A stretch of DNA of 25,596 nt, taken from NCBI GenBank assembly GCA_964631415.1, contig CAZVZC010000033.1, forward strand, positions 1 to 25,596, read 5' to 3'. Under the pieces are notes generated by a model that was not told the DNA's origin, ran no database searches, and saw only the letters and a program-made list of their open reading frames with translations. Source of the DNA: an uncultured archaeon (GTDB lineage Archaea > Asgardarchaeota > Thorarchaeia > Thorarchaeales > Thorarchaeaceae). Positions 1 to 7,699 of this stretch are shown one piece after another. Position 1 is the stretch's first letter, and each line of letters begins with the position of its first letter. The position numbers and the translations under genes were made by a program.

Positions 1-29
1 CTCAAGTCCTCTCGGCTGGATGATAACCG

Positions 30-36
30 TTATAAG
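30..36 (+). promoter_or_regulatory. putative TATA box for the uS13-uS4-uS11 operon
   Basis: TTATAAG about 55 nt upstream of the uS13 ATG, in otherwise GC-rich sequence. Confidence 0.5.
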
Positions 37-90
37 CCGTCTTCAAGAAGCGAACAGAGCCTCAGGTCAGTCGGCACGAGGTAGTTCATA

Positions 91-543
91 ATGTCCGAGC
101 GAGAATACAGGCACATCATTCGTATGGCCGGTACAGACATAGATGGCCAAGAGAACCTGTTGCAGGGGATGACGAAAGTCAAAGGAGTTGGCATGAGGAT
201 GTCAAAGAGTGTACTGACAAGACTCAATCTGGACCCCTCCTCTCGTCTAGGTTACCTGACCGATGCTGAGATACAGTCGATTGAGAAGCTCTTGGCTGAC
301 ATTGGTGCTGCTGGGTTCCCAGTGTGGTACGTAAACAGGCCAAAGGACCGGTCGAGCGGAAGGAATCTGCATCTGACAGGCCCGGACTTGGACTTCGCTC
401 GTCGCACTGACATAGACCGTCTGAAGAGGATCAAGGCTTGGCGCGGGATCAGACACTCATTCAACGTCAAGGTAAGAGGGCAGCACACCAGATCGACTGG
501 ACGCCGGGGTGTGGCAGTGGGTGTGTCGAGGAAGAAGGAGTAG
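91..543 (+). CDS. rps13: 30S ribosomal protein uS13
   Basis: RHIIRMAGTDIDG N-terminus, KVKGVG, and WRGIRHSFNVKVRGQHTRSTGR C-terminal motif. Confidence 0.97.
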   Translation: MSEREYRHIIRMAGTDIDGQENLLQGMTKVKGVGMRMSKSVLTRLNLDPSSRLGYLTDAEIQSIEKLLADIGAAGFPVWYVNRPKDRSSGRNLHLTGPDLDFARRTDIDRLKRIKAWRGIRHSFNVKVRGQHTRSTGRRGVAVGVSRKKE

Positions 544-559
544 AGGGAGGCCATGAGCG

Positions 560-1264
560 ATGGGTGATCCGCGACGACAGAGAAAGCAGTACACGAAGCC
601 CAAGCGTCCATTTGAAACAGACCGGTTTGAACAGGAACTAGAGCTGATTGGCACTTATGGTCTGAGGAACAAGAGGGAGCTCTGGAAGCACAGGAACGAG
701 TTGTCGAACTACAGGAGAGCGGCACGTGGCCTTCTCGCACTGCCGACATCTGACCGAGCCGCCCTCGAGAAGGAGATTATTGACAAGCTCACAAGGCGTG
801 GCATACTGAAGAAGGAACCCAGCCTTGATAGTGTACTGGACCTTACCCTCAAGGACGTTCTGGAACGCAGACTGCAGACGATTGTCTTCAAGAAGGGTCT
901 TGCAGCTTCGCCGTATCACGCTAGGCAGCTTGTCGTTCATGGTCACATTGCACTGAATGGTGCGAGAATCACGACTCCCGGCAGAATCGTCACGATTGGT
1001 GAAGAGGACGGAATCGGCTATGCAGGCAATTCACCCCTCGGCGACGCATCCCATCCTGCTAGGGTCGCTGCCTCGATGGCGGCTCAGAAAGCGTCCGGAC
1101 CTCCCGAAGAGGCAGAGGAAGAGGCACCTCCAGAAGGTTTCCGTCGGGGGCCTCGTGAGAGAGTCAGTCGTGTCAGACGAGAGTATGTAGAGGACACAAG
1201 ATCAAAGGTCCCTGAAGAGGCCGTTGATGAAGAGGAAGGTAAAGGAGGCTCAGAGAATGAGTAA
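560..1264 (+). CDS. rps4: 30S ribosomal protein uS4 with charged C-terminal extension
   Basis: [46 protein letters not shown]; GGAGG ribosome-binding site upstream. Confidence 0.97.
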   Translation: MGDPRRQRKQYTKPKRPFETDRFEQELELIGTYGLRNKRELWKHRNELSNYRRAARGLLALPTSDRAALEKEIIDKLTRRGILKKEPSLDSVLDLTLKDVLERRLQTIVFKKGLAASPYHARQLVVHGHIALNGARITTPGRIVTIGEEDGIGYAGNSPLGDASHPARVAASMAAQKASGPPEEAEEEAPPEGFRRGPRERVSRVRREYVEDTRSKVPEEAVDEEEGKGGSENE

Positions 1265-1658
1265 GAGGGATGAACCCCAGAGATGGGGTATCGCACACAT
1301 ATTCGCTTCATACAACGATACAATCGTGCACATCACGGATTCTACGGGGGCAGAAACGATTGCCCGCTACACTGGTGGCATGATGGTCAAGGCCGACAGG
1401 AACGAGTCATCTCCCCACGCTGCTATGCAGGCTGCATTCCAAGCTGCCCGCGAGGCGAAGGACAAGGGCCTCTATGGCATACACATCCGAGTACGTGCTC
1501 CTGGTGGTCACGGCCCGAAGACGCCTGGCCCCGGTGCACAAGCAGCGATACGTGCACTCAGCAGAGCCGGTCTGAGGATTGGCATCATAGATGAGGTGAC
1601 ACCGCTTCCTCACGACGGTACGAGAAAGCCGGGTGGACGACGCGGGCGTAGAGTCTGA
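1257..1658 (+). CDS. rps11: 30S ribosomal protein uS11
   Basis: [54 protein letters not shown]; start set at ATG 1257 (downstream of GGAGG), overlapping the end of rps4. Confidence 0.97.
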   Translation: MSKRDEPQRWGIAHIFASYNDTIVHITDSTGAETIARYTGGMMVKADRNESSPHAAMQAAFQAAREAKDKGLYGIHIRVRAPGGHGPKTPGPGAQAAIRALSRAGLRIGIIDEVTPLPHDGTRKPGGRRGRRV

Positions 1659-1697
1659 GGTCTAATCCATCTGCATGAACTGAGGGGCCAAAACGGT

Positions 1698-3032
1698 CTA
1701 GGGGTAGTGCCACTCGTGGATGAGCCGAGCAGGCATACCTGAGTTTCTCTTGTCTATTCTCGTCTTGGGACGCGTAAGATGTCTCTGTGCCCGTGGAGGG
1801 GGCAAGTAGAGTCCTCTCTCCAGACCTCTCGTGACTGAGGTTTCAGTCTTCGTGCTGTCGCGACCCTTGAAGCCGCAAGCCGTGCATTTGAACCCCTTGC
1901 CCAGTCCCGCACTGGTCATCCTCCTTCCGCACTGCGGGCAGACTGGATTGCTGAACACCACTGCTTCAGACACCTCACGTACTTCGAAACCCTCGACGTT
2001 CAAAGTGAGACCGTGGCTGCTGGCGGCTGGTCGGACCCCTGAGTAAAGTGCGACATCATCGTTCACGGCAAGCATCAGAGCGTTCTCTCTCAACTCTCCA
2101 GCGGGCTCATAGATAGCACAGTCGATTTTGCCAGTTTCATCTGCCACAGAGAATATGACATGACCACCCTCAATCATCCTCGGGGGTGACGCTATTCTTC
2201 CTTGGACAACGGCTGCCATGTACGGTCGAAGGTCAGAAACACTGACATGGTGTGTCAGGTGTTCGCCTGTGCCCTGATTCGTCCTCATAATCATCCATCG
2301 ATCCTTCGCCTGAACACTACGGACTCGCTCGGCTGCCTCTACTACATAGCAGGGCTTTTCACCCCGAATCCCATATATCACTGGGTCGGGCCCTCGCGGC
2401 GCGATGAGTACTTCTCCTGTCATGGGATCAGTGTTCGAGAAGAGCTTGTCACCCATCATCCTGTTCATATCGAAGACAGACTCTACATCAACACCTCGCT
2501 CTTGGGAACAGGCATCGGCCGAGCGATAGGCCAAGTACTCGTACGTGTGATCATCCATGAGTTGGTTGCCAATCGCAGATAGTGAACCTATCAAGCCACG
2601 CCCATTTCCCATGCTGAAGTGTTTCAATGAATGCCTCTGGATGATTCTCTGTGCAAGTGCGATTGGCACAGTCCTCCAGAGCGTTCTTCTAGCGAGTGCT
2701 ATCAGTTCGTCAGGCGGTTCTCCTGTCACAACAACGAGGCCTGGATTGGTGTTGGGATACCCTCTCTCGACATAGTTCGCTGCGATGTCTCTTGTAATTG
2801 ACAGAACCTGAGCTACTATCTCGGATCTTACAATGAACCGCAGTGCAACCGCGCCGTTCCCCCGAGTGCGGAATGGTATGTTCGGGTTCAGGCGGATTAG
2901 GTTTGGATAGTCCAGCCACTCTACATGGAACTCTTCCAACCTCTCGGCGAGGATACTGGCAAAATGTGTTGTGCACCCTCCTCGGGGGCTGTCAATGTCG
3001 TCAATTCCGAGATGCACAGTCGTGTAACTCAT
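1698..3032 (-). CDS. tiaS: tRNA(Ile2) 2-agmatinylcytidine synthetase TiaS
   Basis: GIDDIDSPRGGCTTH, LIRLNPNIPFRTRGNGAVAL, PRGPDPVIYGIRG, TNQGT, OB-fold GGHVIF, Zn ribbon CPQCG...CTAC, RHLTRP. Confidence 0.95.
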   Translation of the reverse strand: MSYTTVHLGIDDIDSPRGGCTTHFASILAERLEEFHVEWLDYPNLIRLNPNIPFRTRGNGAVALRFIVRSEIVAQVLSITRDIAANYVERGYPNTNPGLVVVTGEPPDELIALARRTLWRTVPIALAQRIIQRHSLKHFSMGNGRGLIGSLSAIGNQLMDDHTYEYLAYRSADACSQERGVDVESVFDMNRMMGDKLFSNTDPMTGEVLIAPRGPDPVIYGIRGEKPCYVVEAAERVRSVQAKDRWMIMRTNQGTGEHLTHHVSVSDLRPYMAAVVQGRIASPPRMIEGGHVIFSVADETGKIDCAIYEPAGELRENALMLAVNDDVALYSGVRPAASSHGLTLNVEGFEVREVSEAVVFSNPVCPQCGRRMTSAGLGKGFKCTACGFKGRDSTKTETSVTRGLERGLYLPPPRAQRHLTRPKTRIDKRNSGMPARLIHEWHYP

Positions 3033-3298
3033 TCTGTCTTCACCTTGCAGATGTCACAGACTGTCGCCTCTCCGACTCTGGTTCCATGATCCTCACAGAC
3101 GAGTCTTCCGCAGATGTTGCAGGCCCTTGAAGACAGGTACTGTCCGCAGATCTGGCATCTTGCCTCGGTGCAGACCAGACAGACCGATTCCTCGGTGGAC
3201 ATGCAGTCATCGCAGACCAACGCTCCACAAATCTGGCACTTACTCAGTCTGACCTGGGCTGATTCACAAATCTCACATGACTGATCGTGCTTGGACAT
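3029..3298 (-). CDS. small Cys-rich double zinc-finger protein
   Basis: Two repeats of CxxC..CxxCGxLVCxx(C/H)..VCxxC; AGGTGA 2 nt before ATG 3298; stop overlaps the tiaS start (ATGA). Confidence 0.85.
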   Translation of the reverse strand: MSKHDQSCEICESAQVRLSKCQICGALVCDDCMSTEESVCLVCTEARCQICGQYLSSRACNICGRLVCEDHGTRVGEATVCDICKVKTE

Positions 3299-3366
3299 TA
3301 TCACCTAGGTCCTCACTTCCTGAGGAACGGGAACGTTGAAATCCATTTTGTAGCGAGCGTTCTCTG

Positions 3367-3945
3367 ATGATTTCGTTGAAACCCGACCCCGCGTTGAGGC
3401 TTGTGATATTCAACGCAGGCCAATGCGACCCGAAGAAGTGTACTGGGGTCAGGTTAGGACGGATGAAACGGGCAACAATAATCAGGGACATCCGGCAGAT
3501 CCCATTTCAGGCAGTGGTGCTAAACCCGACATCTGAAGTGGCATTCTCACCAGCGGACGGCCGCATTATCGAGAGAAAGGGACTTGTTGCACTCGATTGC
3601 TCGTGGAACCAAGCTGAAGAGGTTTTCAGAGAAACCGGACTGGGAGTCCAGCGAGCGTTACCCTACCTTCTCGCTGCTAATCCAGTCAACACCTACAAAC
3701 CAATTCGACTGTCTACCGCAGAGGCAATAGCCGCAGCCCTCTACATAGCTGGATTGAGGAAAAGCGCCGAAGACATAATGTCTGTCTTCAAGTGGGGTCC
3801 TGCATTTCTGGTCCTGAACCATGATTGGCTTGAAGCGTATTCAGAGTGCAAGACGAGCACCGATGTCGTAAAGGTCCAGCAGGAGATAATGAGAACTCAT
3901 ACAAAGACCAATCACATGGGGCAGAACGGCAGAAACCTTGCCTAG
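3367..3945 (+). CDS. tsr3: 16S rRNA aminocarboxypropyltransferase Tsr3 (DUF367)
   Basis: QCDPKKCTG, LDCSW, RALPYLLAANPVN, LSTAEAIAAALYI, FKWGPAFL. Confidence 0.95.
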   Translation: MISLKPDPALRLVIFNAGQCDPKKCTGVRLGRMKRATIIRDIRQIPFQAVVLNPTSEVAFSPADGRIIERKGLVALDCSWNQAEEVFRETGLGVQRALPYLLAANPVNTYKPIRLSTAEAIAAALYIAGLRKSAEDIMSVFKWGPAFLVLNHDWLEAYSECKTSTDVVKVQQEIMRTHTKTNHMGQNGRNLA

Positions 3946-4000
3946 TGGTCAGAATCAAACATATCAGAACCGGACGAGGGCCATTTCGACGAGAATCAAG

Positions 4001-4360
4001 GCGGCCTTGGTTCGAAGAGTAGCCCCAATTCTGTTGTGTCCATCCGCGTCACCGTGGAGGACTCCGCGACATTGGACTAAGCCTCCTACCCTACGCCTCA
4101 GGTCGGCACATCATAGGCGTATTCTTGGAGTTGCTACCCAGTGTTGGGCCGTTTCAGCAATCCTAGGCAGGTCCTCAGCGGACCAAGACTGTTCCGCATC
4201 ATTGTCATGTCCTGTCCGGACGTATCGTTTCTGTTCCCAGAGCGAGGTTCTCGCCTCCCTGTTCGCACAGGACTGGCGTCGACACGTAGTTGGGAGCTTC
4301 CTCGGCCCTGGCGCCACAAGGGAGCCAGTACCGTCAGTCGCGCTTTCGCTCCAAGGCCAC
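4001..4360 (-). ncRNA. rnpB: RNase P RNA (archaeal type A-like)
   Basis: Minus strand shows terminal P1 (GGCCUUGG/CCAAGGCC); CR-I GAGGAAGCUCCCAA pairing (P4) with CR-V AACAGAAUUGGGGCU; ACAGAAACG, UGAAACGGC and GCUUAGUCCAAUG conserved segments; K-turn motifs in P12 and P16. Ends approximate. Confidence 0.93.
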
Positions 4361-4436
4361 TCTATACCTGAGCAGAATCGTAATGAACTTCTCGGCGGCG
4401 CTTTGCGATTGCCACAAGAACACGCAGAAGGTCCTT

Positions 4437-5465
4437 TCATTCGCCGGATGGCCTCTTCTTCCACATAGGAGGATACCGGCCCCTCTCCATCAGCACTCTA
4501 TCGACCACTGCCACAATGCCACTGCCAGCTTTCACGATCTTCTCTGTCGTGTCACTGCTTTTGCCAATGGCCACAGCCTCACCCTTGATCGTCTTCACTG
4601 CCACAAGATCGCCCTTTTTGATACCGGTGCTCAGGCTGACAACTCCGTTTGCTGCAAGGCTGGCCCCGTGGCATATCGCATCTACTGCGCTATCACGAAT
4701 CGTCATTACAGGCAAATGGCCCAACGCAAACTCGACGGGGAGCAAGTACCGCCTCAGTTCGGTTTCTTCGCCGTCTTCGATCCAGAACTGGTAAGCGTCC
4801 TTTAGGTCATGCAGAGTACAGAGATGCTCGTCTTCTCTAAACGAGCCTACACGAGTACGCCGCAGTTCCTTCATGCTTGCACCTGTTCCCAGCGCCTCGC
4901 CAACGTCAAAGCATAGCTTTCTGACGTAAGTGCCGGCTTGGCACCCCACACGGAACAGGACTAGCCTGCTTGTCAGTTCAATAATGGCGATGTAGTATAT
5001 CTCGCGTATGCGAAGTATTCTCTTGACGGAAGACTTGAGCGGAGGTCTCTGGTATATTCTCCCAACAAACTGACCCATGACCTCCCTGACTTGGTCCTCG
5101 CTGGCCGCAGCATGCAGTTCCATCACACAGACGTACTCCTTACCGGCTAGGAGCAGCGCCTGCATGGCCTTTGTTGCATTGCCAACCCCCAATGGCAGTA
5201 TGCCAGTGACTGCCGGGTCGAGAGTCCCACCGTGACCGACGCGATCACACTTGAGGATTCTCCTTACCCAAGTAGCCACCTCATGGCTTGTTGGTCCCGC
5301 CACCTTGTCAAGGCAGATGACACAATTCTCTAGCAGGTATTTCATAGGCAGAGCGTCGAGCGATGCAAATCCAAATGCAGGATCCGTGGAGTCGCTAGCC
5401 CTCAGAACTACCTCTCGGGGTGTGTCGGCAGGCAGTAGTTCAGGCGTCTTCGAATTTCCTCCCAG
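4437..5465 (-). CDS. cbf5: H/ACA RNA-guided pseudouridine synthase Cbf5 (TruB family, with PUA domain)
   Basis: DKVAGPTSHEV, GHGGTLDP (catalytic Asp), YQRPPLKSSVKR, GTYVRKLC, PUA DSAVDAICHGA. First in-frame ATG is 5345, but Cbf5-like sequence (LPADTPREV..TDPAFG) continues upstream to a TGA at 5469-5471. Start tentatively placed at CTG 5465. Confidence 0.93.
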   Translation of the reverse strand: MGGNSKTPELLPADTPREVVLRASDSTDPAFGFASLDALPMKYLLENCVICLDKVAGPTSHEVATWVRRILKCDRVGHGGTLDPAVTGILPLGVGNATKAMQALLLAGKEYVCVMELHAAASEDQVREVMGQFVGRIYQRPPLKSSVKRILRIREIYYIAIIELTSRLVLFRVGCQAGTYVRKLCFDVGEALGTGASMKELRRTRVGSFREDEHLCTLHDLKDAYQFWIEDGEETELRRYLLPVEFALGHLPVMTIRDSAVDAICHGASLAANGVVSLSTGIKKGDLVAVKTIKGEAVAIGKSSDTTEKIVKAGSGIVAVVDRVLMERGRYPPMWKKRPSGE

Positions 5466-5563
5466 CGGTCATCTCAAAGGTAGCCTACGCATCGATGAGC
5501 TGGTTGATAGAGTCTTCGAGGGCGCTTAAGACATGCCATGCCAATCAGACTGATGGACTGGTT

Positions 5564-5845
5564 CTATGGCGTAAACCTGATCTTGCTTCTGAACTTTTCT
5601 GTCAGGCCCGCGTCTGAGATTGCCTTCTCGACAGCTTCATCATCGGATTCCTTGGAGATCGGAAGCACAGTTTCGAGCGGCTCAAGATGCTTGATGTTGC
5701 ACGGACGTCTTCGGACTCCACTCAGGTTCTTGGGACCTGTGACTATGACGGATGTTTCATCCACTTTACTTACAATGACGCAGTAGCTACCGGTTTCACG
5801 ACCCATTGTCTTCACACATACTCTTCCAGTTTCAAACAGTTTCAC
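5564..5845 (-). CDS. rpl14e: 50S ribosomal protein eL14
   Basis: GRVCVKTMGRETG..CVIV, TGPKNLSGVRRRPCNIKHLEP; GAGGTGA ribosome-binding site before GTG. Confidence 0.95.
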   Translation of the reverse strand: MKLFETGRVCVKTMGRETGSYCVIVSKVDETSVIVTGPKNLSGVRRRPCNIKHLEPLETVLPISKESDDEAVEKAISDAGLTEKFRSKIRFTP

Positions 5846-5953
5846 TATTCTTCACCTCAACCTGTCCTCGGTCACGCAAAGCCACAGAGTCGCCTCCGGG
5901 TTTCATCCCTTTGGACTGACTGGAGATTGCGGGTCCGGTCACGCCTGCTGATA

Positions 5954-6520
5954 TCAGTCTTCCGCTTGCTGCGCTTTCCTCTCGGCCGCAGCAAAACAGG
6001 TCCCTATGGCTGCATTGAGAACTGCCACGACTCCTTCTAGGTCGTACTTGTCTGTGTTCAGGACTATATCATAGACAGTCGTGTCTGCAATGTTGATCCC
6101 ATACAGCTTCCTGTATCTAGCCTTCTCGCTTCTCTCTCGCGCAATGGTTTCACGTTTGGCGAACTTGAAGTCACTACCATCACGATCGGCAATGCGTTTG
6201 ACTCTGACGTCCAAGGGTGCAGTGAGGAGTATTCTGAAGTCGGCGTGTTCACCAGCCATCCACGCCGCCAGCTGACCATCAAGGACAACATTCCCTTTCG
6301 CCGCTTCCTGTCTGAGAGTGTCATCCAGCATCTTGTCAATCTCTGTGTCGCCTTCAGCGGCCTTGCTGAACTCCTCAAGAGTCAGCCCTCTCTGCTTGGC
6401 CAGTGTCCTGAAGATAATTCCTGCAGAGACTTTCCTCAGGCCAAAATCCTGAGCAAGTCTGTCAGCAACAGAGCTCTTACCCGTGCCATGGAGCCCGCTG
6501 ATGGTTATAACGCGCTTCAT
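5954..6520 (-). CDS. cmk: cytidylate kinase (archaeal type)
   Basis: ITISGLHGTGKS P-loop, SAGIIFR, EIDKMLD, LTAPLDVRVKRIADRD, RYRKLYGI; canonical position between eL34 and eL14; start trimmed to ATG 6520. Confidence 0.93.
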   Translation of the reverse strand: MKRVITISGLHGTGKSSVADRLAQDFGLRKVSAGIIFRTLAKQRGLTLEEFSKAAEGDTEIDKMLDDTLRQEAAKGNVVLDGQLAAWMAGEHADFRILLTAPLDVRVKRIADRDGSDFKFAKRETIARERSEKARYRKLYGINIADTTVYDIVLNTDKYDLEGVVAVLNAAIGTCFAAAERKAQQAED

Positions 6521-6521
6521 C

Positions 6522-6788
6522 TCAAAGTTGACGGGCATTTCTGACGATGCCGCGCCTGACGGCTTTCGATGTAGCAAACCCACCATACGGTCGGTTGGGT
6601 CTCTTAGAGGAAAGGCTTGCCTTCCGGTTGAGTCCATGCTTGGCCTCTTTTGGAAGCGACATTATGGCACCGCATAGAGTGCATGTGCCCTCTGCCCTGT
6701 ATATCTTCCGTCGATGAACCACGGTCCTGCCGCCCGGGGTCCTCACCATGCGGTTCGCCCTTGTCCGTGTCAGCTCGCCGTGTCGCAT
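6522..6788 (-). CDS. rpl34e: 50S ribosomal protein eL34
   Basis: VRTPGGRTVVH, CTLCG, SKRPNRPYGG. Confidence 0.92.
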   Translation of the reverse strand: MRHGELTRTRANRMVRTPGGRTVVHRRKIYRAEGTCTLCGAIMSLPKEAKHGLNRKASLSSKRPNRPYGGFATSKAVRRGIVRNARQL

Positions 6789-6842
6789 GCTACCTTCTCA
6801 GTCCTCTTCTAAGTCAGTTCTCAGGGAACCCGTCGCACTCCC

Positions 6843-6852
6843 CTTTTAAACA
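6843..6852 (-). promoter_or_regulatory. putative TATA box for eL34-cmk-eL14
   Basis: TGTTTAAAAG, identical to the motif upstream of uL22 and nearly identical to the one upstream of secY. Confidence 0.6.
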
Positions 6853-6926
6853 AGTTGGTGGGTATTCAACAGATGCGTAGAAGTCTGACAATCTTGGGCA
6901 TTTTCGAGTAGGGGCTTAAATGGCTC

Positions 6927-7048
6927 GAATCGGACATCTCTTTGAGGCTGACTCGACACATTCCGGCCTCAAGGAGTACGACCCCAGTGCCGTTTCTGGG
7001 AGGTCAAAGACTCCTGCGTCCAACTCTGTCCAACTTACAATGAACGGT
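6927..7048 (-). repeat. dispersed structured non-coding repeat, copy A
   Basis: 6987-7048 (-) matches 25535-25596 (+) at 59/62 nt; hand-predicted pairing extends the structure to about 6927. Confidence 0.85.
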
Positions 7049-7123
7049 TCTACTCCATCACGTTCTCCATGACGGAAATGCTCTGAGAGAGTGCTGGAGC
7101 TACTCAGATCGTGTTCCCTTATG

Positions 7124-7660
7124 CTAGGCATCTATGATGGCGACTTCTTCGCCGCTGCCTGTGTAAACGAAGGCAACGCTCAAACCTCGACGCCGGCATT
7201 CGCCCATCAAGATCTCCCTCGCGAGAGGCGTCCATCCTGTTGTTTTGACCTCACCGGGCTTGATGAGTTCTTTTATCATTGCAGTGAATGGTCTGGCCTG
7301 GTCGCCTGTGATGACTTGAGCCAGTCTGCTGAGAGCAATCACACGGTCGTGAACCAGACAATGAGAGCATAGTCCAATCAGCCTTGTCGCTGCATGGTTC
7401 CCACCTAGCTGAGTCAGAGTGTCAATGGCAACAAGGAAGTCGTCAGGGTCTCCGGACTTCAAAAGGGTTTCGCAGAAGTCAGCCATTCTGTTGTCTCTTC
7501 TTCGTGCGAGTCTACGAATGGCGGGCTCTCTCAGAAAAAGATGCGTGCCGTGATCTATGGCGCAGCTCCACAGCTGGTCGTCTTGGGTCCCGACGTCAGC
7601 TTCGAGCCCGCAGTTCTCAAGAGCCAATCTGAAACCCGGACACAGATGCGGCTTCCCCAT
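7124..7660 (-). CDS. hypothetical protein, possibly HEAT-like helical repeats
   Basis: 178-aa ORF co-oriented with the operon; TTAAATA box about 22 nt upstream suggests a leaderless transcript; helical patterns LREPAIRRLA and FLVAIDTLTQLG. Confidence 0.65.
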   Translation of the reverse strand: MGKPHLCPGFRLALENCGLEADVGTQDDQLWSCAIDHGTHLFLREPAIRRLARRRDNRMADFCETLLKSGDPDDFLVAIDTLTQLGGNHAATRLIGLCSHCLVHDRVIALSRLAQVITGDQARPFTAMIKELIKPGEVKTTGWTPLAREILMGECRRRGLSVAFVYTGSGEEVAIIDA

Positions 7661-7699
7661 GCAGTCTGGTCCGGCAGCCTCTATTTAAGGTCGCCAAGA

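Noticed and set aside
3990-4200. Possible group I intron (UUAGUCC resembles an S element)
   Set aside because: Fully explained by RNase P RNA conserved regions
3938-4468. ORFs 3938-4468 (+), 4111-4464 (-) and similar
   Set aside because: They overlap the RNase P RNA and show no protein motifs
5200-5250. Crenarchaeal-type intron in cbf5 near the catalytic Asp
   Set aside because: GHGGTLDP is uninterrupted, and I found no clear bulge-helix-bulge at the 5' end either
5469-5471. In-frame TGA upstream of cbf5 as selenocysteine
   Set aside because: It lies in a non-conserved, non-catalytic position and I found no convincing SECIS; kept only as a minor alternative
7018-7034. Tandem GTTGGAC (GTTRRRY) as an integron attC site or CRISPR repeat
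   Set aside because: No R''-L''-L'-R' palindrome, no integrase, and no regularly spaced repeat-spacer array
6916-7131. 71-aa ORF ending CVESASKRCPIRAI, superficially ferredoxin-like
   Set aside because: It lacks the CxxCxxC motif and overlies the structured repeat, and all three differences in the second copy are non-synonymous in this frame
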